A stretch of 64,000 bases of DNA, taken from contig CAVSSN010000012.1 of NCBI GenBank assembly GCA_963730645.1, positions 242,853 through 306,852 of the forward strand, in the 5' to 3' direction. Position 1 is the stretch's first letter. The number at the start of each line of letters is the position of its first letter. This DNA is from an uncultured Alphaproteobacteria bacterium (GTDB lineage: Bacteria; Pseudomonadota; Alphaproteobacteria; Rhizobiales; Xanthobacteraceae). Below are positions 22,544-32,538 of this stretch, piece by piece. Under the pieces are notes generated by a model. That model was not told where the DNA came from and did not search any database. It saw nothing but the letters and a program-made list of their open reading frames with translations. A program made the position numbers and the translations under genes.

Positions 22544-22646
22544 GTCATTCCGGGGCCGAGCGCAGCGAGGAGCCCGGAATCCATAACCACAGGTCAGCGA
22601 ATATGGATTCCGGGCTCGCGGGCAAGAGCCCGCGCCCCGGAATGAC
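22544..22646. repeat. REP/MITE-like element, family B
   Basis: Near-identical to the copy at 17993. Confidence 0.85.
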
Positions 22647-22652
22647 GAGCCG

Positions 22653-23618
22653 TCACTCCGGCTCGATCCCGGCGTCCTTGATCATCTTGCCCCACTTGCC
22701 GAGCTGGACCTTGACGAAGTCGCCCATCTCCTGGGGCGAGCTTGAGAACGCCTCGAAGCCCACGTTGCGCGAGCGTCGACTTCACCTCGTCGCTGTCGAT
22801 GATCTTGCGCAGCGGCGCGTTGAGCGTCGCGATGATCTCCGGCGGCGTGTTGGCCGGCGCGAACAGGCCGCACCACGAGTCCATGTCGAATCCGGTGACA
22901 CCGGCCTCGTCCATGGTCGGCAACTCGGGAAACAGCGAGCTGCGCTGGAGCCGCGTCACCGCGAGCGCGCGCAGCGTGCCGGCCTTGACGTGCGGCAGGC
23001 CGCTGGTGAGGTCGACGAACATCATCGACACCCGGCCGCCGAGCACGTCGTTGAGCGCCGGCGGCGTGCTCTTGTACGGCACGTGCAGCATGTCGATGCC
23101 GGCCCAATGCTTGAGCGTCTCGCCGGCGACGATGCCCGATGAATTGCCGCTGGCAAACGACAGCTTGCCGGGATTGGCCTTGGCGTAGGCGATCAGTTCC
23201 GTAACGCTCTTGATCGGCAACTGCGAATTGACCACCAGCATCAGCGTGAAACTTCCGACGCGCGTGATCGGCGTAAAATCCTTCACCGCATCGTAGGAGG
23301 GATTCTTGGTCATGAACGGGACGGCCGAGTGCGGAGAGTTGGTGCTCATCAGCAGCGTGTAGCCGTCCGGCGCGGCGCGCGCGACGTACAAGCGCCGCAA
23401 TCGCACCATTGGCGCCCGGCCGCGTCTCGGACACGAACGCTCTGCTTGAGCGCCTCCCCGAGCTTGAGCGCGACGACGCGGGTGACCGTATCGGTGGCGC
23501 TGCCGGGCCCGAACGGAACCATGATGGTGACCGTCCGCGCCGGATAGGTTTGGGCATTGGCCGCAAATGCCAGCAACGTTGCGGCGCCAGCGACGGCAAT
23601 GCGAACAAGAGCGTTCAT
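22653..23618 (-). pseudogene. Bug/TctC-family substrate-binding protein; three frame interruptions as assembled
   Basis: GGGAGGA RBS. MNALVRIAVAGAATLLAFAANAQTYPARTVTIMVPFGPGSATD...KQS (ORF 23349..23798), then FVSETRPGANGAIAA (ORF 22682..23608), then YVARAAPDGYTLLMSTNSPHSAV...TLAQRG (ORF 22594..23736), then FEAFSSSPQEMGDFVKVQLGKWGKMIKDAGIEPE stop (own translation). Frames step 2>1>0>2, with shifts near 23440, 23389 and 22759. Confidence 0.85.
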
Positions 23619-23763
23619 GCGACATTCCTCCCTGCTGGTGGCGTTGCGAGTTTTTTGTTTTTTTGTTTGTCTGCCGGTTGCGCGGCTCGCGCCCGGCTTG
23701 ACCTGTGCGCGATGACAGCGAACATAGCAGACGCAACCGAAGCGGGCATCAGGCCATAGACCC

Positions 23764-24222
23764 ATGAGTCTCCATTCCGCCGAGCCGATCTTCCACATCC
23801 GCGCCGAGCTTGGCGAAATGCAGCACTTCGGCCAGACGCCCTATGGCGAGCGCCGCGTCATCGACATCACCGGCGGGACCGTCGAGGGGCCGCGCGTCAA
23901 GGGCCGTATCCTGCCCGGCGGGGCGGATTGGCAGATCGTACGCGCCGACGGCGTGATCGATCTCGATGCGCGCTACACCATCGAATGCGAGGGCGGCGGG
24001 CGGATCCTGGTGGTCAGCCAGGGCATGCGGCACGGCCCGCCGGAGGTGTTGGCCGCGCTGCATCGCGGCGAAACAGTAGACGCCTCGCGCTATTATTTCC
24101 GTACCATGATGCGGTTCGAGACCTCGGACGCGAGCCTTGCGTGGCTCAACCGCATGCTGGCGCTCGGGCGCGGCGCGCGCGACCAGCTTGCCGTGCGGCT
24201 CGACGTGTACGAGGTGTTGTGA
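23764..24222 (+). CDS. DUF3237-family protein
   Basis: 152-aa ORF ...ITGGTVEGPRVKGRILPGGADWQIVRADGVIDLDARYTIECEGGGRILV..., the pattern I associate with DUF3237/UPF0311. Confidence 0.65.
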   Translation: MSLHSAEPIFHIRAELGEMQHFGQTPYGERRVIDITGGTVEGPRVKGRILPGGADWQIVRADGVIDLDARYTIECEGGGRILVVSQGMRHGPPEVLAALHRGETVDASRYYFRTMMRFETSDASLAWLNRMLALGRGARDQLAVRLDVYEVL

Positions 24223-24256
24223 GAAAACTGCCGCATTCGCCAACAAGGATTCAGGC

Positions 24257-25064
24257 GTGGCAAAGACCTCATCGGCCGGCAAATTTCCCGATCTGCCGCC
24301 GTCGCTCAAGGCGGAGCGGCAGGGCGACATCGCCGTGCTGCGGCTGGCGCGCGCCGCGAAGCGCAACGCGCTCGACGATACGACCGTCGAGGGCATCGAG
24401 AAGTTCTTCAGCGCGCTGCCGGATCGACGTTCGCGCCGTGGTGCTGCACGGCGAGGGCGAGCATTTCTGCGCCGGGCTCGACCTCAACGAGCTGACCGAG
24501 CGCGACGTTTTCGAGGGCATCGAACATTCGCGCAACTGGCACCGCGCGTTCGACCGCATCCAGTACGGCAAGGTGCCGGTCGTCGCGGTGCTGCACGGCG
24601 CCGTGATTGGCGGCGGGCTCGAGCTTGCGGCCGCGACGCACATCCGCGTCGCCGAGCGCTCGGCGTTCTACGCGCTGCCGGAAGGCAGCCGCGGCATCTA
24701 TATCGGCGGCGGCGGCTCGGTGCGTTTGCCGCCGCTGCTCGGCGTGCCGCGCATGACGGACATGATGCTGACGGGGCGCACGCTCAGCGCCGAGGACGGC
24801 CAGGCGATCGGCCTGACGCATTATCTCGTCGAGCCCGGCGCGGGCTTGGCAAAGGGCATCGAGCTCGCCAAGCGCATCGCCAGCAATGCGCCGTTCACGA
24901 ATTTTGCCGTCATGCACATGCTGCCGCGCATCGCGGCGAGCGACCCTGCCGCCGGATTTTTGACCGAGGCGCTGACCGCTGCCATCGCGCAAGGCGACGA
25001 AGAGGCGAAGGCGCGGCTGAAGGCGTTTCTGGACAAGCGCGCCCCCAAGGTCGCGCGCAGCTAG
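24257..25064 (+). pseudogene. enoyl-CoA hydratase/isomerase (crotonase) family protein; frame interrupted as assembled
   Basis: GTG start behind AAGGA. ...GDIAVLRLARAAKRNALDDTTVEGIEKFFSALP lies in the frame of ORF 24137..26080. IDVRAVVLHGEGEHFCAGLDLNEL...GGGLELAAATHIRVA... lies in ORF 23928..25064. +1 shift near 24421. Confidence 0.85.
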
Positions 25065-25153
25065 GGCGCAAGCTCCTCGCCGAACTCGGTCGGGAATTCC
25101 GGTTAGACTTGGGCGCAGCGTCGCAGAACGCCAATTGTCAGGGAGGCATCTTC

Positions 25154-26080
25154 ATGACCATCAGGACCGCAGCAGCCGCAGCAGCATTGATCACGGTCGC
25201 CGGAATTGTGACGGGCGCGCCCGCGTTTGCGCAGGATCTCGGCCCGCAGTTCATGAAGTTCGGCGACGGCATCTACGCCTATGTCGGAAAGAACTTCAAA
25301 TCCAACACCGGCATCATTCTCACACAGGACGGCGTGGTGCTGATCGACAGCGGGCACGAGCCGACCGACTCGCGCGCGGTGATGGACGCCGTCAAGAAGC
25401 TCACGCCGATGCCGGTGCGCTTCCTCATCGACACCGAGCCGCATCCCGATCATACGACCGGACATTTCCTTTTCTCCCCGCCCGCGACCATCATCGCGGC
25501 GGCCGGCGCCGGCGAGTCGATGCGCAACCGCGAACGCCAGACTCCGGACCGGATTGCAAAGCTCGCCGCCACGTCACCGGAAATGAAAGCCGCGCTGGAA
25601 GGCTACAAATTCATTACGCCGCAGGTCGAATACAGCGACAAGATGACATTGTATGCCGGCGAACGGACCTTAGAGCTGCGGTACATGAAAGGCGTTCACA
25701 GCGAAGCCGACACCGCCATCTGGCTGCCGAAAGAGCGCGTGCTGTTTTCGGCGTCCGCATTCGTGTCCGAGCAGATCAACATCTTCCGTCCGTTCGTCAC
25801 TATTCCCGACATTCTGGCGGCCGGGAAGATGCTGAAGGCCCTGAATCCGGAGCACGTCATTCCGGGCCACGGTCCTCCCACCACGGCAAAGCTGTTTGAC
25901 GACGGCGAAAAATATTATGCGCTGCTCGTCGAGCGGGTTGCCGCCAAGGTAAAAGAGGGCAAGTCGCTCGACGACATCCAGAAAGAAGTAAAAATGCCGG
26001 AGTATGCGAGCTGGGCCAGCCAGGATCGCATGCCGACCAACATCGACGCGGCCTACCGGATGGTCACCGCAAAGAAATAG
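25154..26080 (+). CDS. MBL-fold metallo-hydrolase with signal peptide
   Basis: GGGAGG RBS. MTIRTAAAAAALITVAGIVTGAPAFAQ, ...LIDSGHEP..., ...DTEPHPDHTTGH..., ...IPGHG.... Confidence 0.8.
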   Translation: MTIRTAAAAAALITVAGIVTGAPAFAQDLGPQFMKFGDGIYAYVGKNFKSNTGIILTQDGVVLIDSGHEPTDSRAVMDAVKKLTPMPVRFLIDTEPHPDHTTGHFLFSPPATIIAAAGAGESMRNRERQTPDRIAKLAATSPEMKAALEGYKFITPQVEYSDKMTLYAGERTLELRYMKGVHSEADTAIWLPKERVLFSASAFVSEQINIFRPFVTIPDILAAGKMLKALNPEHVIPGHGPPTTAKLFDDGEKYYALLVERVAAKVKEGKSLDDIQKEVKMPEYASWASQDRMPTNIDAAYRMVTAKK

Positions 26081-26110
26081 CGAAGCGATCGAAGCATCGC
26101 GGCGACCATC

Positions 26111-28006
26111 ATGGCGAACACGCTCCGCGATACGCGATCCGCCCACATCACGCCGCCGCTGCGGCCGGTGCGGCTTGCGGCGCCCGATGTCGTGGTCGAG
26201 CGCAGGCCGGACGGCGCGATCCTGATGCGCTCGCCGCATCCGCTGCCGCCCTACCCCGACACGCTGACCGAGCGGCTTGTCCATTGGGCCAAGGCTGCGC
26301 CGGAGCGGATTTTTCTGGCGCAGCGCGACGCGGCCGGCGGCTGGCGCACGCTGACCTACGCGGCGGCGCTGGCGCAGATGCGCGCCATCGCGGCGGCGCT
26401 GCTGCAACGCGAGCTTTCGGTCGAGCGGCCGATCGCCATTCTCTCCGGCAACGACATCGAGCATGCGCTGTTCGGTCTCGCCGCGATGCATGTCGGCATT
26501 CCCTACGCGCCGATCTCGGTGCCCTACTCGCTGATGTCGCAGGATTTCGGCAAGCTGAAATCGATCATCGCCAGTCTGACGCCCGGTCTCGTCTTCGCGG
26601 CCAACGGCAAGATCTTTTCGCGCGCGATCGATGCCGCGGTGCCGGCTGGAATCGAAATCGTTGTCGCGGCGAATCCGCCGGACAGCCGACCGGCGACACT
26701 GTTCTCGACGCTCGCGGCCACGCAGCCGATCGCCCGCCGTCGATGCCGCGCACGCCAAAGTCGGCCCCGATACGATCGCGAAAATCCTGTTCACCTCGGG
26801 CTCGACCGGCCAGCCGAAGGGCGTCATCAACACCCAGCGCATGCTGTGCTCGAACCAGGCGATGATCCGCTCAAGCCTTGCCTTCATCGCCGACGAGCCG
26901 CCGGTGCTGGTCGACTGGCCGCCGTGGAACCACACCTTCGGCGGCAACCACGATTTCGGCATGGTGCTCGACAATGGCGGCTCGTTCTATATCGACGAGG
27001 GCAAGCCGCTGCCGGGCGCCATCGAGGCCACCGTGCGCAATCTGCGCGACATCGCGCCGACCATCCACCTCAACGTGCCCAAGGGCTTCGAGATGCTGCT
27101 GCCCTATCTGCGCAGCGACGCGGCGTTGCGCGAGACGCTTCTTCAGCCGGCTCAAGGTGCTGTTCTACGCCGGCGCGGGGCTTGCACAGCATGTCAGGGA
27201 CGAATTGCAGGAGCTCGCCATCGCCACGACAGGCGAGCGCATCATCTTTCTGTCGAGTCTCGGTTCGACCGAAACCGCGCCCGCGGCGCTCGCTTGCACC
27301 TGGGAATCCGAGCGCACCGGCAATATCGGGCTGCCGATGCGGGGCGTGGAGCTGAAGCTCGTGCCGGCCGGGGGCAAGTTCGAAGCGCGGCTCAAAGGGC
27401 CGAACATCACGCCCGGCTACTGGCGCGCGCCCGAAGCTCACGGCCGACGCGTTCGACGACGAAGGCTTCTACAAGATCGGCGACGCGCTGAAATTCGACG
27501 ATCCGGACGATCCGGCGAAAGGCCTCATGTTCGACGGCCGCATCGCCGAAGATTTCAAGCTCGCGACCGGCACCTGGGTCAGCGTCGGGCCGTTGCGCGC
27601 GCAATTCATTGCGCATCTGCGCGCCGCTGGTGCGCGACGTCGTGATCGCCGGCCTCGACCGCAATGACGATCACCGCGCTGGTCTTTCCCGATCTCGACG
27701 CCTGCCGCACGCTCGCGGCCGGTCTTGCGGCCGATGCGCCCTTGGCCGCCGTGCTCGGCCATGCCGGCGTGCGCGAGGAGTTCGCGCGGCGGCTCGACAA
27801 CGCTGGCGCGCACGAGCACCGGCAACTCCGAACGCGTGTGCCGCGCCGTCCTGCTCGCCGATCCGCCATCGCTCGACGTCGGCGAAGTCACCGACAAGGG
27901 CTCGATCAACCAGCGCGCGGTGCTGGCGCATCGCGCCGCGCTGGTGGAGAAACTGTATTCAGGCGAGCCGTACGACGCGGCGATCCTCGCAACACCAAAG
28001 AGCTGA
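26111..28006 (+). pseudogene. AMP-dependent acyl-CoA synthetase, feruloyl-CoA-synthetase-like (~629 aa); six frame interruptions as assembled
   Basis: Homology continues through ORFs 26111..27355, 26631..27491 (ILFTSGSTGQPKGV), 26878..27645 (FYAGAGL...GSTET), then [22 protein letters not shown]...[15 protein letters not shown] (own translation), then 27609.., 27664.. and 27725..28006. Frames step 2>0>1>2>0>1>2, with shifts near 26733, 27140, 27436, 27622, 27669 and 27802. Confidence 0.8.
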
Positions 28007-28009
28007 CGC

Positions 28010-28772
28010 ATGGATATCAAGGGACACGCCGCGATCGTCACCGGGGGAGCGTCCGGGCTTGGCGCCGCCACGGCCGGAAATGCTGGCCGGCGCGGGCGCG
28101 AAGGTCGCCGTCTTCGACGTCAATCTCGATGGCGCGCGCGCGACGGCGCAGAAGATCGGCGGCGTCGCCGTGCGCTGCGATGTCACCGACGGCGACGGCA
28201 CCGCAGCCGCGGTCGCCGAGGCGCGCGGCAAGCATGGCGCGGCGCGAATTCTCATCAACTGCGCCGGCATCGGGCCGGCAAAGCGCATCGTCGGCCGCGA
28301 CGGGCCGATGCCGCTCGCCGATTTCGAGCGCGTCATCAAGATCAACCTGATCGGCACCTTCAACGCGCTGCGGCTTGTTGCCGCCGACATGCAGAGCCTC
28401 GCGCCGCTCCAGGACGGCGAGCGCGGCCTCATCGTCTGCACCGCCTCGGTCGCCGCCTATGAAGGCCAGATCGGCCAGGCCGCCTATGCGGCGTCGAAGG
28501 GCGGCGTGGTCGGCCTCATCATGCCGGCGGCGCGCGAATTCGCGCAGTTCGGCATTCGCGTCATGGGCGTCGCCCCCGGCATATTCTCGACGCCGATGCT
28601 CAAGGCGCTGCCGCAGGAGGCGCAAAACAGTCTCGCCGCCGCGGTGCCGTTCCCGAAACTGCTCGGCCAGCCGGAGCAATACGCCGCGCTGGTGCGCCAC
28701 ATGATCGAGAACCGCTATCTCAACGGCGAGGTGATCCGCCTCGACGGCGCGCTGCGCATGGCGCCGCGGTAA
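28010..28772 (+). pseudogene. SDR-family 3-hydroxyacyl-CoA dehydrogenase (type II-like); frame interrupted as assembled
   Basis: MDIKGHAAIVTGGASGLGAATA (ORF 28010..28462), then EMLAGAGAKVAVFDVN...NCAGI...SVAAYEGQIGQAAYAASKGGV... (ORF 27609..28772). +1 shift near 28075. Confidence 0.85.
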
Positions 28773-28780
28773 ATGTCCGC

Positions 28781-29213
28781 ATGCTCACCAACACCCGCAA
28801 TCACCGCATCGAATGGTGCGACTGCGATCCGGCCGGGATCGTGTTCTATCCGCGCTATTTCGAGATGTTCGACACCTCGACGACGCTGCTGATCGAGCGC
28901 GCGCTCGGCATGAGCAAATACGATTACCTCAAGGCCTACGATTTCTTCGGCCATCCGCTGGTCGAGACCCGCGCGCGCTTCCTGGTTCCGACGCGGTTCG
29001 GCGACGCCGGTGACGATCGAGAGCACGCTCAGCGAAACCGGCCGGTCGAGCTTCAAGATCGTCCATCGCCTGATGAAAGGCGCAGCGCTGGCGGTCGAGG
29101 GCTTCGAGACCCGCGTCTGGGTCGCGCGCCATCCCGACGATCCTGCGCGCATGAAGGCCCGCCCGATCCCGCCGGAGGTTCTGGCGCGGTTTGGTGCGAC
29201 GGAAAGCGCCTAG
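28781..29213 (+). pseudogene. 4HBT/YbgC-type acyl-CoA thioesterase; frame interrupted as assembled
   Basis: MLTNTRNHRIEWCDCDPAGIVFYPRYFEMFD...VPTRFGD (ORF 28781..29518), then VTIESTLSETGRSSFKIVHRL... (ORF 29010..29213). +1 shift near 29010. Confidence 0.8.
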
Positions 29214-29267
29214 TAGCCACATTTGCCGGATGTGCTAGAAGCCACCCCATAAACCAGGAGAAGAACC

Positions 29268-30287
29268 ATGCGCATCGACGCGTACACGCACTTTTTCCCG
29301 AAAAAATTCTTCGACAAGCTCAACGAAGTCGCCGGCGACTACAAGGACATGGGCAAGCGCATCCGCTCGCTGCCGGCGCTGTTCGATCTCGACGTGCGCA
29401 AGAAGATCGTCGACGGCCACAAGGATTATCAGCAGGTGCTGTCCTACCCGCAGCCGCCGATCGAGCGCTTTGCCAAGACGCCGAAGGACATCGACGAATT
29501 CTGCCGCATCATCAATGACGGCTTCGCCGAACTGTGCGCGAAGGAGAAGGACCATTTCCCCGCCTGGGTGGCGCACCTTTCGCTGGCGGCGCCCGACGCC
29601 GGCGCCGCCGAGGCGGAGCGCGCGATCAAGAACGGCGCGCTCGGCGTGCAGATCTACACCAACGTCGCCGGCAAGCCGCTCGACCGTCCGGAATACGCAC
29701 CGTTCTGGAAGAAGATGAACGAGCTCGGCAAGCCGATCTGGCTGCATCCCGCGCGCGGCGCGGAGACGCCGGACTACGTCGACGAAAAGAAATCGCTCTA
29801 TGAAATCTGGTGGACGCTCGGCTGGTCCTACGAGACCGCCTGCGCCATGATGCGCCTCGTCTACTCCAAGATCATGGACAACAATCCGAACCTGAAGATC
29901 ATCACGCACCATTTCGCCGGCATCGTGCCGATGCTGGAAGGCCGCCTCGGGCCGGGCAACGACGTGATGGGACAGCGCACGACGGACGAGGATTACGTCG
30001 CGCTGCGCAAGAGCCTCAAGAAGCGCCCGCTCGATTATTTCAAGAAGGATTTCTGGGCCGACACCGCCGCCTTCACCGCGGTGCCGGCGACCAAGGCCGG
30101 CATGGAATTCTTCCCGATCGACAAGATCGTGTTCGCCTCCGACTGCCCGTTCGATCCCGAGGGCGGCACGATGTATCCGCGGGTAACGCTGCAGATTCTC
30201 GAATCGCTCAACCTGTCCAAGGCGGACCAGGACAAGATTTATTTCAAGAACCTCGAAGCAGTGACCGGAAAAAAGCTGGTGAAGTAA
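29268..30287 (+). CDS. amidohydrolase-2 family protein (ACMSD / non-oxidative aromatic acid decarboxylase-like)
   Basis: 339-aa intact ORF MRIDAYTHFFPKKFFDKL...GALGVQIYTNVAGKPLD...WLHPARG...ITHHFAG...FASDCPFDPEGG. Confidence 0.8.
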   Translation: MRIDAYTHFFPKKFFDKLNEVAGDYKDMGKRIRSLPALFDLDVRKKIVDGHKDYQQVLSYPQPPIERFAKTPKDIDEFCRIINDGFAELCAKEKDHFPAWVAHLSLAAPDAGAAEAERAIKNGALGVQIYTNVAGKPLDRPEYAPFWKKMNELGKPIWLHPARGAETPDYVDEKKSLYEIWWTLGWSYETACAMMRLVYSKIMDNNPNLKIITHHFAGIVPMLEGRLGPGNDVMGQRTTDEDYVALRKSLKKRPLDYFKKDFWADTAAFTAVPATKAGMEFFPIDKIVFASDCPFDPEGGTMYPRVTLQILESLNLSKADQDKIYFKNLEAVTGKKLVK

Positions 30288-30311
30288 AGTTTTCGCGCCG
30301 TAATTCGCGGA

Positions 30312-30340
30312 GAGGCGGCCTGACCCGACAAGGCCGCCTC
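30312..30340 (+). terminator. putative terminator hairpin after the amidohydrolase gene
   Basis: GAGGCGGCC-N11-GGCCGCCTC perfect 9-bp stem with no clear T-tract. Confidence 0.4.
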
Positions 30341-30410
30341 AACTGCCCCTGTTGATACTGTGCAAAAGTCTATTATGTCGTGTAGGATCGTCCCAGTTGA
30401 GGGCGTGACC

Positions 30411-30830
30411 ATGCGTACGTTTTTGGCTGCAGTACTGGTTGCCGCCTGGTTCGGCCCGGCGAACGCCGCCTGTCGTTGTCAATGCATCGACGGCAAAGCC
30501 GAGGCCAAGTGCACCTCGAGAAGCGAGACGCCCCCCGCCTGCGCGGCCAACGTTTGTGCGGCCAATACGCCAGCCGCTGTCGCGCCGCGGCAGTTTCAGG
30601 TGCCGTACGCGCCGGCCGAAATCACGACGACCGTCCCGCCCTCGACGACCACTCCGGAATCGCAGTCGCCCGCGCCCTATCCGCCGAGCCCGCTTCCACC
30701 TCGGGCGCGAACCGATTCACAGGCCGATATTGTGCCCGCGCCAACCACGCGCGCGCTCACCGCCGTCGCCACAGCCGCTTCCGCAGTCGACCAATCGGCC
30801 AGATATCCCCATTACCCAGCCGCCCAATAG
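30411..30830 (+). CDS. small secreted Cys-rich / Pro-Thr-rich hypothetical protein (first gene of the low-GC islet)
   Basis: GAGGG RBS. Signal peptide MRTFLAAVLVAAWFGPANA, then ACRCQCIDGKAEAKCTSRSETPPACAANVCAAN and a Pro-rich region. A +1 frame continues to 30906 and encodes ...PITQPPNSKSLCYERQVFNPNTFEYEWQQSCD, so the true 3' end may be 30906. Confidence 0.55.
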   Translation: MRTFLAAVLVAAWFGPANAACRCQCIDGKAEAKCTSRSETPPACAANVCAANTPAAVAPRQFQVPYAPAEITTTVPPSTTTPESQSPAPYPPSPLPPRARTDSQADIVPAPTTRALTAVATAASAVDQSARYPHYPAAQ

Positions 30831-31162
30831 CAAGTCGCTATGCTATGAACGCCAAGTATTCAATCCAAATACATTCGAATATGAGTGGCAGCAGTCCTGC
30901 GACTAGCCAAATTGTCCCATTTTGGGATGTTGTATACTGTTGTGGCCGCAATGTGTTGCTGTGCCGACACACTTATGGTTAATCCTGCCCATCCCCTTGT
31001 ACCACAACGCCGTATGGTTAACCCTTGTGGTTAACGCTCGTTAAGGACTGCTTACTTGGCGAGCGTGAGTGTGGTGGGTACATCAGAGCAGTTGCGTGAA
31101 AACGTAAACTCTCCGAAACGTTGCCGCCGCGCTCGTGTGAAATTCACCGGGCGGGGGAAATC

Positions 31163-31511
31163 ATGTCCAGGTTTCGAATTGCGCTTTACACGGCGGTGCT
31201 GGTGGCATCTGCCGCTCTGAATGCGACTGCCCAAGCGACCGACGCGGCTCATGCTTGGGGAACCATCAGCAGCCCAGGTGAGGTTTTGCGTCAACTCTGC
31301 GGTAACGCATCTGCAGGGCAGCGAAGCTGCGCAAATCGTGTCGCAGGGCTCGGGCTCCGGGACGACGACGACGAGTGGATTCCCGGCGGTCACATCGTGC
31401 GGCACCTGCACCACAATCACCATCCAGGGCGATCAGAATTCCATCTCGGGAACCAGCATCACAAGCTCCAACCAGGGCGTGGTGACCTCAAACGGCTTCT
31501 TCAATCAGTAA
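31163..31511 (+). pseudogene. small secreted curlin/HfaA-like repeat protein; frame interrupted as assembled
   Basis: GGGGGA RBS. Signal peptide MSRFRIALYTAVLVASAALNATAQA (frame of ORF 31121..31534), then ...SAAQVRFCVNSAVTHLQGSEAAQIVSQGSGSGTTTTSGFPAVTSCGTCTTITIQGDQNSISGTSITSSNQGVVTSNGFFNQ (ORF 31221..31511). +1 shift near 31255. Lies directly upstream of the CsgG/HfaB-like gene. Confidence 0.6.
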
Positions 31512-31568
31512 GAGCGCGATCGCTGTCGATATAGTTTGCGTTCGGGCGTTGCGTATCAGAGGTAAGAA

Positions 31569-32426
31569 ATGAAGCGTCAGATCACTGTTGTGTTGCTCGC
31601 ATCCGTCGTGCTCGGTGGCTGCAGCTTCGGCTGGTGGGACTCCTACAACGGCGTCACGAAAGCGATCCCGCCGCGCGCCAGCGCACCGTCTTCGAACATT
31701 GTTGCGGCGCTGTCCTGCATCAAGGATTCAGGTGCGTTGCGCAATACCAAGATCGCGGTTGCGATCCATGCCGACGGCACCGGCAAATACAATCACATCG
31801 CGGACGGCGCGACCGGCAATTATCTGCCGCAAGGGACCACCGCGACCTACGCGTCCGACGCGGTGCTGATGGCCGGCGCCAGGGCCTACAACTACTACGA
31901 ACTGAATACCGAACGGGCGATGCGTGCGTTCGCCGGCGCCGACGAGCAAAAGGTGCTGTCGGACAAGCAGGATGCGACGCTGCCGAACTACATTCTCTCG
32001 ACCTCGTTCACGGCGCTCGATTTCATCGGCGGCCCCGACATCGACGTGCAGATCGCCGGGATCGGGCCGTACTGGACCGGCCGCGGCGCGTCGGTCGAGG
32101 CGGTCGCGGAAATCTACCAGCCGGGCAACCGCGCGATCCTCAAGATGAGCTCGATCCAGCGCTACGTCGCATTCCGCCAGGGCGGCGTCACCGTCAACAA
32201 GTTTTTCGGCGGCGGCAGCGGAACGTTGGTGACCGGCGGCGCCTTGTATTCCGACCAGCAGCGGCTGCAGGAGGCGACGCGGGACGTCGTGGCGCTGTCG
32301 GTCGCCGACGTGCTGTCGCGCTTCCACCGTATCCCGACGGACTGCCGCGCCATGGTCGAGGCGTTGCTCGCCGGCGCGCAGCCCGACGTGGCGGTGCCGC
32401 AAACTTATGTGCAAACCAGAGGCTGA
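31569..32426 (+). CDS. CsgG/HfaB-family outer-membrane lipoprotein (curli-type secretion channel family)
   Basis: Lipobox VVLGGC at residues 13-18. By-eye alignment to E. coli CsgG: TKIAVAIHADGTGKY...YLPQGTTATYASDAVLMAG versus GKIFVSVYNIQDETGQF...AVPQSATAMLVTAL, and ILSTSFTALDF...AGIGPYWTGRGASVEAVAEIYQPGNRAILKMSSIQRYV versus IMVEGSIIGYES...FGIGADTQYQLDQIAVNLRVVNVSTGEILSSVNTSKTI. Confidence 0.75.
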   Translation: MKRQITVVLLASVVLGGCSFGWWDSYNGVTKAIPPRASAPSSNIVAALSCIKDSGALRNTKIAVAIHADGTGKYNHIADGATGNYLPQGTTATYASDAVLMAGARAYNYYELNTERAMRAFAGADEQKVLSDKQDATLPNYILSTSFTALDFIGGPDIDVQIAGIGPYWTGRGASVEAVAEIYQPGNRAILKMSSIQRYVAFRQGGVTVNKFFGGGSGTLVTGGALYSDQQRLQEATRDVVALSVADVLSRFHRIPTDCRAMVEALLAGAQPDVAVPQTYVQTRG

Positions 32427-32478
32427 CGCCAGAAACGGGAAGCTGCCCCTGAAATTTCGCCGGCGCTGTGCCGGCATA

Positions 32479-32509
32479 TAAAAAAGGCCGGGCGCGAGCC
32501 CGGCCTTTT
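32479..32509. terminator. bidirectional intrinsic terminator between convergent csgG-like and ialB-like genes
   Basis: AAAAAAGGCCGGGC-GCGA-GCCCGGCCTTTT: a perfect stem flanked by an A-run and a T-run. Confidence 0.85.
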
Positions 32510-32538
32510 GCATTCGTGATTGGCTTGGAGCCCGGCTG

